From Candidatus Omnitrophota bacterium (GTDB taxonomy: Bacteria > Omnitrophota > Gorgyraeia > Tantalellales > Tantalellaceae): a stretch of 64,000 nucleotides of DNA. Each line of letters starts with the position of its first letter. Position 1 is the stretch's first letter. The translations under genes were made by a program, and so were the position numbers. The notes beneath the pieces were generated by a model. It did no database searches and had not been told where the DNA came from. It was given only the letters and a program-made list of their open reading frames with translations. The stretch spans positions 4,337 through 68,336 of the forward strand of contig JBDRBY010000001.1 in assembly GCA_043822245.1 (NCBI GenBank), in the 5' to 3' direction. Below are positions 27,484 through 35,734 of this stretch, one piece after another.

Positions 27484-28821
27484 CTACAGCAATTCGGCCG
27501 CTAAGGAGGCCAGGGAACTTCTTTCACTTTTGGACAATGTCATATGGCCAAAGGTTTTTTGACCTTTCATCTTCTCCACACAATACGCCAGCCCGTTGCT
27601 TGACGAATCCAAATAAGGGTTATCTATTTGATAGGGATCGCCGGTAAGAACCATTTTGGTATGATTTCCCGCGCGGCTTATGACTGTCTTTACTTCATGC
27701 GGTGTCATATTCTGCGCTTCGTCAATTATAATGAACCTATGCGGGATACTGCGGCCCCGCATAAAGGTCATGGCTTCAAGTTCTATAAGATTGTCTTTAA
27801 TATACTTTTCAATCTGTGTTTTTGGTTTGCCTTTCGCGTCCTTAGGTTCCGTTCCCACGTCAAAAATGTACTCAAGATTATCAAAAATCGGCCCCATCCA
27901 GTTTTCAAGCTTCTCTTCCTTTGTGCCCGGAAGATAACCTATATCATTTCCTAAAGGCATCACGGGGCGTGAAATTAAAAGCCCTGAATATTTTTTCTCC
28001 TTTACTACTTTTTGAAGCCCCGCCGCTATAGCTAAAAGAGTTTTACCGGTACCAGCCGAGCCTACAAGCGTGACCAAACTAATATCGTCATTTAACAACA
28101 AGTCTATTGCCATAACCTGTTCTTTATTTCTCGGTTTTATGGACATTAAGTGCGGTTTGTCAAAAATAAGCGGTACCAACACGTCCTCGTCCTTCTTATA
28201 CCTGGCCAGGGCAGTATGTTTTGAATTTTCTTTATCTTTTATAAACGCGAATTCATTCGGGTAAAATGTCTTTCCGCTCGCTTTGTACTCCTTTTTAGAA
28301 AAGAAAGTATCCACAACATTACTGTCAACCTCTACAGTCTGCCATCCTCCATAGAGACGCTCAAAATCAACTTTCTGCTTTTCAAAATCCACGCTATCAA
28401 TCCCTAAGGCGTCCGCCTTGATCCTGGCGTTGATGTCTTTTGACACAAAAATTACTTGTTCACCCTTTTTTTTCTGAGCGTACGCGGCCATTAATATTCG
28501 ATTATCCACGATTTTCATGGAAAGACCCATTTCAGGCATTTTGCTAAAATCCTCCGCTATAAATATTTTGAGCATCCCGCCCTTATCCAGCGGATATCCC
28601 TCTCCGGGTTCGCCTTTTTGTCGCAATTCGTCTAACATACGTATGGCCATCCTCGCGTTGCGCCCTTTCTCATCATGGTTTCGCTTGAAGCCATCAAGTT
28701 CTTCCAAAACTTCTATCGGGACTAAAACAATATTATCCGCGAACGATAAAAGAGAATACGGGTTATGCAATATCACGTTGGTATCAAGCACAAATGTTTT
28801 TCTCAAAGTTCCTCCTTTCAT
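27484..28821 (-). CDS. PhoH2-type protein: N-terminal PIN domain plus C-terminal PhoH-like P-loop ATPase
   Basis: PIN: FVLDTNVILHNPYSL...VLVPIEVLEELD. ATPase: LVGSAGTGKTLLAIAAGL...IIDEAQN. The start is chosen at Met21 of the track ORF. Confidence 0.75.
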   Translation of the reverse strand: MKGGTLRKTFVLDTNVILHNPYSLLSFADNIVLVPIEVLEELDGFKRNHDEKGRNARMAIRMLDELRQKGEPGEGYPLDKGGMLKIFIAEDFSKMPEMGLSMKIVDNRILMAAYAQKKKGEQVIFVSKDINARIKADALGIDSVDFEKQKVDFERLYGGWQTVEVDSNVVDTFFSKKEYKASGKTFYPNEFAFIKDKENSKHTALARYKKDEDVLVPLIFDKPHLMSIKPRNKEQVMAIDLLLNDDISLVTLVGSAGTGKTLLAIAAGLQKVVKEKKYSGLLISRPVMPLGNDIGYLPGTKEEKLENWMGPIFDNLEYIFDVGTEPKDAKGKPKTQIEKYIKDNLIELEAMTFMRGRSIPHRFIIIDEAQNMTPHEVKTVISRAGNHTKMVLTGDPYQIDNPYLDSSSNGLAYCVEKMKGQKTFGHMTLSKSERSSLASLAAELL

Positions 28822-28870
28822 AAAGAGATTAGATTCTTCAGGCCCCTCCGGGCCCTGGAATGACAGAATT

Positions 28871-29680
28871 TTACAAACCATCCCGCGCCGGGGGCATATT
28901 TATGTATGAGTCAAAATCCATATGCCCGGTGATGTATTTTTTCAAATACGATATACGCTCAGAAAGATACGGATGACTTCTAAAATACGAGTACCGCCTC
29001 GTTGGAGCTTTTTTTCGAAAATCGCGCAGTGTCTCTAACGCTCTAATTGTACCATAAGCGTCAAACCCGGCTAACCGCAAATATTTAACCGAAAGTTCAT
29101 CCGCCTGCCTTTCATCTTTGCGCGAATAAGCGGACATTAACTGGCCTATGGCATTACCCAACGCGGCATAAGTCCCCTGTTCAGCCTCAATCTGAGTTCC
29201 CAACAACAATAAAGCGGTTACACCAAGATTCGCCTGCATCCGTTTTACTGAATGTTTAGCTTCAACATGCGCCATTTCATGGGATAAAACCGCCGCTGTA
29301 TTGTCGTCTGTTTTTAGAGCTTCCATCAGGTCGGAAAAAATATATATGTATCCGCCGGGCGCGGCAAACGCGTTGTAATTATTATCCTTTTCGTCCTCCA
29401 AAACTTTAAATCTATAAACTAAATCTTTTCTGTCGGTGCAAAGAGCAAGGCTGTCTCCTATTTGCTTCACGCGCTGATCGAGAAGAGGGTCAACAGGCAT
29501 TTTGTATTGCTTTCTTACCTGCTCATCGATCTTTTTCCCTATATTCCGTTCCTTAACGACAGGAACAAGTATAACTTCTTCTTCGTCAGTAGCCGGGTTA
29601 ATCGAGACAATACTACCTAAAAAAAAAGGGGTTAAGAACAATATTACTATTGGCACTATCTTAGCAGCATTAAACCCCAT
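28871..29680 (-). CDS. Secreted M48-family zinc metallopeptidase
   Basis: HEMAHVEAKH (HExxH) plus a downstream Glu; signal peptide. Confidence 0.7.
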   Translation of the reverse strand: MGFNAAKIVPIVILFLTPFFLGSIVSINPATDEEEVILVPVVKERNIGKKIDEQVRKQYKMPVDPLLDQRVKQIGDSLALCTDRKDLVYRFKVLEDEKDNNYNAFAAPGGYIYIFSDLMEALKTDDNTAAVLSHEMAHVEAKHSVKRMQANLGVTALLLLGTQIEAEQGTYAALGNAIGQLMSAYSRKDERQADELSVKYLRLAGFDAYGTIRALETLRDFRKKAPTRRYSYFRSHPYLSERISYLKKYITGHMDFDSYINMPPARDGL

Positions 29681-29681
29681 A

Positions 29682-30431
29682 TTATTTCCGATTTTTGGTT
29701 TTACTCATTGTTAAATATTCATGTCTTATTCTACTGGGAGCGTAAAGGATATTAGTTTTTACATCTTGTGCTTCTTTTTCTAAACGAATGATTAAATCCT
29801 TAACAAGGGCCCTTTTAGAATCAGAATTTCTCGGACAGCAAGATCTGACTGCCCTAATGCGTTTATGTTTTACATAGCTCTCAATCTGCTTCTCTTCTAA
29901 AAGAACCAGCGGCCTGATGATAACAATTTTCCCGCCAAACAGCTTTTGTTCCGGATTCATAGATGATATTTCACCTTTCCAAAACATATTCATCAATATT
30001 GTTTCGACAATATCATCTTTGTGATGCCCAAACGCGATTTTATTGTATCCTATTTCATCCGCTGTTTCAAATAACATCTTGCGCCTCATCCATGAACACC
30101 AAAAACAATCCTGCCTTTCAAGTTTATTTGTTTTACTAATGGCAATGTCGCGAAAAAGATAATCACACCCGATAGATTTAAAAAATCTTTTAAGCTTAGC
30201 AGACTTTTTCTCTTGATCTTGGTCATAATCAGTTCTTATGTGCACAGCCTTAATCATGTAATCTATGGGCAGTCGTTTTTTTCGCTCTTGAAGCTCTTTT
30301 AATAAAACCAGGCTGTCTTTACCGCCGGATACAGCGACAAGAACACGATCCCCTGCCTCTATCATTTTATACCGATTAATTGCCATACCAATTTTTCTGA
30401 CTACTAAATGTTCGATCTTATTTCTTTTCAT
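29682..30431 (-). CDS. PP-loop ATP pyrophosphatase, TtcA-like tRNA thiolation enzyme
   Basis: SGGKDS PP-loop and Cys pairs (CFWCS...CCPRN). Confidence 0.6.
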   Translation of the reverse strand: MKRNKIEHLVVRKIGMAINRYKMIEAGDRVLVAVSGGKDSLVLLKELQERKKRLPIDYMIKAVHIRTDYDQDQEKKSAKLKRFFKSIGCDYLFRDIAISKTNKLERQDCFWCSWMRRKMLFETADEIGYNKIAFGHHKDDIVETILMNMFWKGEISSMNPEQKLFGGKIVIIRPLVLLEEKQIESYVKHKRIRAVRSCCPRNSDSKRALVKDLIIRLEKEAQDVKTNILYAPSRIRHEYLTMSKTKNRK

Positions 30432-30493
30432 AATTACGCCATATTATGCTATAATCCCCGGCTATAACCTTCAGAAAATCAAGAAATGATTTT

Positions 30494-30910
30494 TCACGCG
30501 CGAGTTCCCAACCGTTTAAGCGCTACGCCTAAAATTTTAAGCATCACAACTTTCTCGAGATAATCCAGGCTGAAAGGTTTAAGAATGTAATCATCCGCTC
30601 CCAGTGTAAAAGCGTTTTCGATAACAGCCTTGTCTTCCACGCTCGTCATCATTATAACTTTTGTTTCGGGAGCGATATTTTTTATTTCTTCGAGCACTTG
30701 TATACCGTCTTTTCCCCATCCAAGTTTCACATCTAAAAGTACTATTGAAGGCGCGTCTTTTTTAACAATCTTTAAGGCTTTACTCCCATTCGTAGCTTGC
30801 AACACTAAAAAATTTTTACAACTAAAAAAATCATACAAGAAAGAAACAATACCAATTTGATCGTCAACAACAAGTATTTTGTTTCCCGGCAATGGCCTTT
30901 TATTTTTCAT
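30494..30910 (-). CDS. Stand-alone response-regulator receiver domain (CheY-like)
   Basis: ILVVDDQ...LLDVKL...MMTS...ILKPF. Start at the ATG at 30910 with an AAAGGGA SD (the track ORF begins at an upstream TTG). Confidence 0.7.
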   Translation of the reverse strand: MKNKRPLPGNKILVVDDQIGIVSFLYDFFSCKNFLVLQATNGSKALKIVKKDAPSIVLLDVKLGWGKDGIQVLEEIKNIAPETKVIMMTSVEDKAVIENAFTLGADDYILKPFSLDYLEKVVMLKILGVALKRLGTRA

Positions 30911-31058
30911 TTTATTCCCTTTCTTTGTTATGGCGAGTATACCTAAGATTCCTTTCATTTTCAAAAAAAATAGGGAGAATTTTTAATATTTCTCCCTATC
31001 ATACGTTTAATTTATAACTGAACTATTTCTTTATTTTTCTATTTAACTTACAATCGAT

Positions 31059-31451
31059 TTACTGTTTTAAATAGTTTAACACGGCTTTTTCTTTAGACTT
31101 TTTCCATTTGTCCATAAAATCCACTTTGTTTTTCGTTTTTAACACAGGGCCTATCGTAGAAATTTCAGAAAAAGCTTGATATCCCGCGCCATTCTTCTTT
31201 TCACACACTCCAATCGGGGTAACCTTTAGAATAAGCGACGATGAAATAATAAAAATCGCGACTACCAAAACAGCATATTTCTTTATTTGGTGAGACATTA
31301 GAGATACTGTTTTACACTTCATCGTCACGCCAAAATCCACATCACCTTTGAGATATTCACCGGCAAGATTGCCGGCATCTTCTGTGTCCTGCCCCTCACA
31401 GATAAGCTCAATCACTGTACGGTATTTCACTTTTCTGTACCTCCTGTGCAT
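31059..31451 (-). CDS. Hypothetical membrane protein
   Basis: One TM helix; no recognisable domain. Confidence 0.35.
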   Translation of the reverse strand: MHRRYRKVKYRTVIELICEGQDTEDAGNLAGEYLKGDVDFGVTMKCKTVSLMSHQIKKYAVLVVAIFIISSSLILKVTPIGVCEKKNGAGYQAFSEISTIGPVLKTKNKVDFMDKWKKSKEKAVLNYLKQ

Positions 31452-31482
31452 TGTTGAGTTAATAGAACCTATACCTCATTTA

Positions 31483-31511
31483 ATTGTACAGAAACAAAGT
31501 GAAACTGTCAA
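31483..31511 (-). promoter_or_regulatory. Consensus sigma-70 promoter TTGACA-17-TACAAT on the minus strand upstream of the 31059..31451 gene
   Basis: Minus-strand TTGACA (31511-31506) and TACAAT (31488-31483) with a 17-bp spacer. Confidence 0.4.
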
Positions 31512-31522
31512 CTAACTTTTTT

Positions 31523-32374
31523 TTATCTAACCGACGGAACGGTCGCGCCCGTTCCCTCCGATGTGAAATTGGGAAACGCGCCCCTACGGTTAAACAATCT
31601 TATCATTTCATCATGAATTAATCCGTTTGTCGCGATAATTTCTTTTTTAAAAATATCAAATTGGTTTCCATTAAGCGTGGTTACCAAACCCCCAGCCTCT
31701 TTCACTATTAATTGCCCTGCCGCGGTATCCCATGGATTTAGGTTAAATTCCCAAAATCCGTCAAACCTGCCGGAGGCTACATAACAGAGATCTATTGCCG
31801 CTGACCCCGCGCGGCGCAGTGCCTGAGAGTTTTCCAGCATAATTTTAAAGTAATCAAGATTAGCAATCCTTCCATCAATATCATACGCGAATCCGGTTGC
31901 TAAAAGCGAATCTTGTACTTTTCTCTGTTTAGAAACACTTATCCGCCTTTTGTTCAAAAACGCGCCAGTGCCCTCTTCCGCTGAGAAGAGTTCATCCCGT
32001 GAAGGATCGTACACCACCCCTACACGGACAACATCCTCAAAAATAATCCCGATTGACACACAAAAAAATGGAAATGTATGCGCGTAATTTGTAGTTCCAT
32101 CAAGCGGATCAATAACCCACCTAATCCCGCCTTTTGCCCCATGTTCCCCGCTCTCTTCCGCTAAAATGGAATGGCCGGGAAATGTTTTATTTATTTTCGA
32201 AATTATCATTTCTTCGCATTTTTTGTCCACGTCAGTAACAAGATTATTTACCCCCTCCTTATGCTTTATTTCTTTCAGGTTTCCCATACGCTTAAGCGCG
32301 TATTTGCCAGCCTTTTCCGCTATTGAAACGGCAAGTTTTTTAATCCGCTTATATTCTTTTGTCTTATTTTGCAT
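31523..32374 (-). CDS. suhB: Inositol monophosphatase family protein (SuhB/CysQ-like)
   Basis: WVIDPLDGTTNYAHTFPFFCVSIGI and GGL.D motifs. The C-terminal tail overlaps the CGGAACGG hairpin element. Confidence 0.75.
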   Translation of the reverse strand: MQNKTKEYKRIKKLAVSIAEKAGKYALKRMGNLKEIKHKEGVNNLVTDVDKKCEEMIISKINKTFPGHSILAEESGEHGAKGGIRWVIDPLDGTTNYAHTFPFFCVSIGIIFEDVVRVGVVYDPSRDELFSAEEGTGAFLNKRRISVSKQRKVQDSLLATGFAYDIDGRIANLDYFKIMLENSQALRRAGSAAIDLCYVASGRFDGFWEFNLNPWDTAAGQLIVKEAGGLVTTLNGNQFDIFKKEIIATNGLIHDEMIRLFNRRGAFPNFTSEGTGATVPSVR

Positions 32375-32442
32375 GGTTCATCCTTTCCAATTCGCGCCCT
32401 AAAAAATACATTTAAATGCTTCGGCAAAGGCATGCCTTTGCC

Positions 32443-32694
32443 CTACAATTTCCTCAATGGACAAATTTGACACTTGGGTTTTCGTTTAACACAAAACTGT
32501 TTGGCTGTTTCCACTAAAAGAGCGTGTAACTGATTTAAGGCTTTTGTTGAGGCTGGAAAATTTTCACGCGCGAGGCGTTGTACTTCCTCATACGAGGCAT
32601 CTTCGCGTATAATCTTATGCCGAAAAAATATTCTTTTAGCGTATTCGTCAACTACAAATACAGGCTTTCGCAAAGCATACAAAATGATTTTCAA
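32443..32694 (-). pseudogene. C-terminal remnant (~83 aa) of an endonuclease III/HhH-GPD glycosylase gene. The N-terminal two-thirds and the fourth cluster cysteine are missing, and it is flanked on both sides by a repeat element.
   Basis: Aligns to the Nth C-terminus (VDTHxxRVxxR ... C-x6-C-x2-C) but terminates exactly where the 4th Cys should be. Only 81 bp separate it from the next gene upstream. Confidence 0.45.
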
Positions 32695-32775
32695 GAATTC
32701 TATATATCTTTTGAATGCTTTTCAAAGTTTTGGCGGAAAAGGCATACCCGTACCCGCAAGGGTGCATTTTCCCTA

Positions 32776-33111
32776 CTATTTCTTTTTACCGGCTTTCGCG
32801 ATGCGGGATATTTTCTTTCTCATCTTCGCGCCTTCGGAGTCTATCTTTTCAAGTCTTGCCTTGTACTTCTGTAAAATAGAGATGTCAAAATCTTCTTTTT
32901 TTAACTGTTCAGCCACATATTTCCCGATCTCGTGATAAAGTTTTTCTTTTTGCAAATTCTTCATCTGTATCTCAATGTGAGTCTGCGCTATCCTATAAAG
33001 CTTGCTGATATCCTCTTCCGCGGTCTTCGCCACCTTGGCCAATTGTTCACCGGTTTTTTTAACTATCGGCTGGTATTTTTTCATAAAACTGTCCATCTCT
33101 GTTTTTTTCAT
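32776..33111 (-). CDS. Small Lys/Glu-rich coiled-coil protein (hypothetical)
   Basis: 111 aa, predicted all-helical, KAGKKK tail. Confidence 0.4.
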   Translation of the reverse strand: MKKTEMDSFMKKYQPIVKKTGEQLAKVAKTAEEDISKLYRIAQTHIEIQMKNLQKEKLYHEIGKYVAEQLKKEDFDISILQKYKARLEKIDSEGAKMRKKISRIAKAGKKK

Positions 33112-33137
33112 TTCTCCTCCTTTATGAATCTTTCTAC

Positions 33138-33161
33138 AGAGACGCGATTAATCGCGTCTCT
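33138..33161. repeat. 24-bp perfect palindrome AGAGACGCGATTAATCGCGTCTCT (same family as 8161 and 8268)
   Basis: Read directly; it lies between lpxA and the coiled-coil gene. Confidence 0.85.
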
Positions 33162-33282
33162 ACCTCTTCCTGACAGCATCGCTCTGAAACCATTTGGTCG
33201 AACATGTGTCCGTGCCGCTTGGGGGAAATGTTGCTTGCAAGATTTCCCCCAAATTCCCAGGCGGCCGGACCAGTTTTCACGG

Positions 33283-34068
33283 TCACTCCTCTTTTTCTGC
33301 GCGAATACGGCATACTCCGCGTTTTGAAGATTCTATAAACGAAACGAAATGCGAAATTTCTTCTGAATTAAACGATTTTTTTATTTCCTCAAGCGCTTGT
33401 TTATTTGATATTCCGGAGAGAAAAAAGATTTTATATGCCTCTTTAACTTCTCTTATAACTTCCCTGCTGAATCCGGCACGACGCAATCCGACAAGATTGA
33501 TACCCCTGACAATGGAAGAGCCCCTAACATTAACATAGGGCGGAACATCTTTATTAACACCTGTAAACCCGCCTACAATGGCATATCTTCCCACACGGCA
33601 AAACTGATGGAAAACCACATTGCCTGAAATAAACGCGCCTTTCTCAACCTGCACATAACCAGCCAACAAAGCTCCATTCGCTATTATGATATTATCTTGT
33701 AAAACACAATTGTGCCCCAGATGAGACTGCACCATTAAAAAATTATTGTCTCCAATGATTGTAGCTGAAGCTTCAGTCGTCCCACGATGAATTGTTACAT
33801 ACTCTCTGATAATATTATTTTTCCCAATCTTTGTGAAAGTTTCAGCCCCTTTATACGCGTAATCCTGAGGTTCTCCCCCTACAACCGCGCCCGGATGAAT
33901 AATTGTGCCTTCTCCGATCTCTGTACCTCTGCATATGTACACGTTAGACATAACCCTGACACGCTCATGTATAATTACATTGTCTTCAATTATGGTGCCC
34001 GGGCCTACACTCGCGGAGGGAGCAATTTCCGAAAATTTAGAGACCATTGCCAATTTATGAATGTCCAT
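33283..34068 (-). CDS. lpxA: UDP-N-acetylglucosamine O-acyltransferase LpxA (left-handed beta-helix hexapeptide repeats)
   Basis: Hexapeptide repeats through ~190 aa and an LpxA C-terminal helical domain; 261 aa. Confidence 0.85.
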   Translation of the reverse strand: MDIHKLAMVSKFSEIAPSASVGPGTIIEDNVIIHERVRVMSNVYICRGTEIGEGTIIHPGAVVGGEPQDYAYKGAETFTKIGKNNIIREYVTIHRGTTEASATIIGDNNFLMVQSHLGHNCVLQDNIIIANGALLAGYVQVEKGAFISGNVVFHQFCRVGRYAIVGGFTGVNKDVPPYVNVRGSSIVRGINLVGLRRAGFSREVIREVKEAYKIFFLSGISNKQALEEIKKSFNSEEISHFVSFIESSKRGVCRIRAEKEE

Positions 34069-34448
34069 TAGTTTTTTCCCTTAATCCTTTCAAGTTGATC
34101 CATCAGATCATTTATAACATTCGCGATTGGGCTGAGATCATGGTCTTTACTGATCTGAAGCCTTACCCCGTAATCTCCTTCATCTATCCGCTTTATATCT
34201 TCTTCCAGTCTCTCCAGGGGCGCGACAAATCTATAGGATAATACAATCGCCCATGTAAGCAAAATGACAAAAATCGACGGCAATGCCACGGCAAGAACAA
34301 AATTTATTCTCTGTATAACGGGAAGAAGATCCCGGGCTATTACATCGGGTAAAATAATCTGTTCCGCCATTACGGTGAAAATAAAGTAGTATAGACAGCC
34401 CCCGACAAACGCCGCCGGAATTATCATCGACAAAACGAGAATAAGCAA
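34068..34448 (-). CDS. Small membrane protein with two TM helices plus a HAMP-like domain
   Basis: A TM pair followed by YRFVAPLERLEEDIKRIDEGDYGVRLQISKDHDLSPIANVINDLMDQL, which fits the HAMP consensus. Confidence 0.5.
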   Translation of the reverse strand: MLILVLSMIIPAAFVGGCLYYFIFTVMAEQIILPDVIARDLLPVIQRINFVLAVALPSIFVILLTWAIVLSYRFVAPLERLEEDIKRIDEGDYGVRLQISKDHDLSPIANVINDLMDQLERIKGKN

Positions 34449-34471
34449 ATAATGTGCTCTTAGAGATTTGT

Positions 34472-35224
34472 TTAAGTATTTGATGCTAACCTCCTTAATG
34501 AGACTTTGGTTTCATATCCAAACTCTATTTCATCGTAATACGCGACAGCGTTACTGCCTGTTGAATCTGAATCTGTCATAAAAGCGATACCCATTACGTC
34601 TTTGTCTTCTTCTGAAGAAAAAAGTTCTTTAAAATCCTTATTGATATCCCTTTCTTCCTTCCTCCACTCATCAGACTCACCTGAAGCAAGTACCAAAATT
34701 TTAACATTGTTTGTATAAGGGCTGGAAACCACGGTGCCGACAGGCACCTCTTTCGCCCAAACGTACTGTATAGCTTTGGTCTTCAAAAAAAACCTTGAGA
34801 AGAATACAACATAGACCTGCGCGGAAAAATCAAACTCCGCTTTTTTATCTAAAGCCTCTTTTCTTTTTAACGAAGGGAATCTCTCGACCTTCCATTCCCA
34901 GCTGATGAAGGGATTTTTATCCGAGAAAAGCCGCTCTTTTAAAAAAAGCGCTGAAGCTGAATTTTCACTCATCGCTTTCACGCATTTACGCGCGCCGTAA
35001 CTCATTACTCTATAACTTGTTTTGTTTTGAACAAACGACTTTTCTTCCCACTTTTCCAGCTCTTCACGCGATAAAAATTCAAAATGTGCTAAAACTTCCT
35101 TCTTGCCGAATTCGACTAGCGGCTTTTTCTTAATAGATGAAAAGTACACGACATACAGACTAATCCCTGTGAAAACAATAAGCATTAACGTTAGTATTAA
35201 TTTTATCAGCCGTTTCACATTCAC
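34472..35224 (-). CDS. Hypothetical exported protein (possibly DUF3047-like)
   Basis: N-terminal TM/signal; weak recollection of DUF3047 (ISWEWKVE). Confidence 0.3.
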   Translation of the reverse strand: MNVKRLIKLILTLMLIVFTGISLYVVYFSSIKKKPLVEFGKKEVLAHFEFLSREELEKWEEKSFVQNKTSYRVMSYGARKCVKAMSENSASALFLKERLFSDKNPFISWEWKVERFPSLKRKEALDKKAEFDFSAQVYVVFFSRFFLKTKAIQYVWAKEVPVGTVVSSPYTNNVKILVLASGESDEWRKEERDINKDFKELFSSEEDKDVMGIAFMTDSDSTGSNAVAYYDEIEFGYETKVSLRRLASNT

Positions 35225-35229
35225 CTTTG

Positions 35230-35559
35230 TTATACATTCATCTTCTCAGCCCATTCGCCAATAATCGGTATTCTCCATTTATTCCCCATGAGAACCTGCA
35301 CTATCGCGATAAGGGAAATGAGGCCGAAAATGAGCACGCCTAATGTATAAATCAGCGGGCCAAAAATTGGTATAATACTGATTATTCCGACTCCCACTTC
35401 AATAATAAAAAGCATAAGACCCTGCCGGCTGTGAAAGCGGACAAACTCATCGTTTTTTTTCATTAAAACAGGTATAAGGCACAATACCCACAGATACGAG
35501 AGTACAGCATACACACTGCCGCTTGAAGCGGATTTTAACGGTTTTTCTTCTGTCATCAT
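35230..35559 (-). CDS. DUF4870-family small membrane protein
   Basis: VLSYLWVLCLIPVLMKKNDEFVRFHSRQGLML pattern; 109 aa. Confidence 0.5.
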   Translation of the reverse strand: MMTEEKPLKSASSGSVYAVLSYLWVLCLIPVLMKKNDEFVRFHSRQGLMLFIIEVGVGIISIIPIFGPLIYTLGVLIFGLISLIAIVQVLMGNKWRIPIIGEWAEKMNV

Positions 35560-35635
35560 TAAGCCCCCTTTCTTTTAGTGTTTAAAACATTCATGATAAC
35601 TATTGTAATGTATGTAGGGTAAAAGTCAAATGAAT

Positions 35636-35666
35636 TATAGAGACACAGCAATGCCTCGTCTCTATA
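35636..35666. repeat. Degenerate copy of the AGAGACGAGGCAATGCCTCGTCTCT palindrome (TATAGAGACACAGCAATGCCTCGTCTCTATA)
   Basis: The right arm is identical to the 27444 copy; the left arm has diverged. Confidence 0.7.
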
Positions 35667-35676
35667 CCTGACAAAT

Positions 35677-35716
35677 AAAAAAAACCTGGCTCGCTTTCAC
35701 GAGCCAGGTTTTTTTA
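35677..35716. terminator. Bidirectional rho-independent terminator: A8-CCTGGCTCG-cttt-CACGAGCCAGG-T7
   Basis: A GC-rich 9-bp stem with an A-tract and a T-tract; downstream of the OMP gene on the minus strand. Confidence 0.85.
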
Positions 35717-35734
35717 CGTTGCTGAAATAACTTC

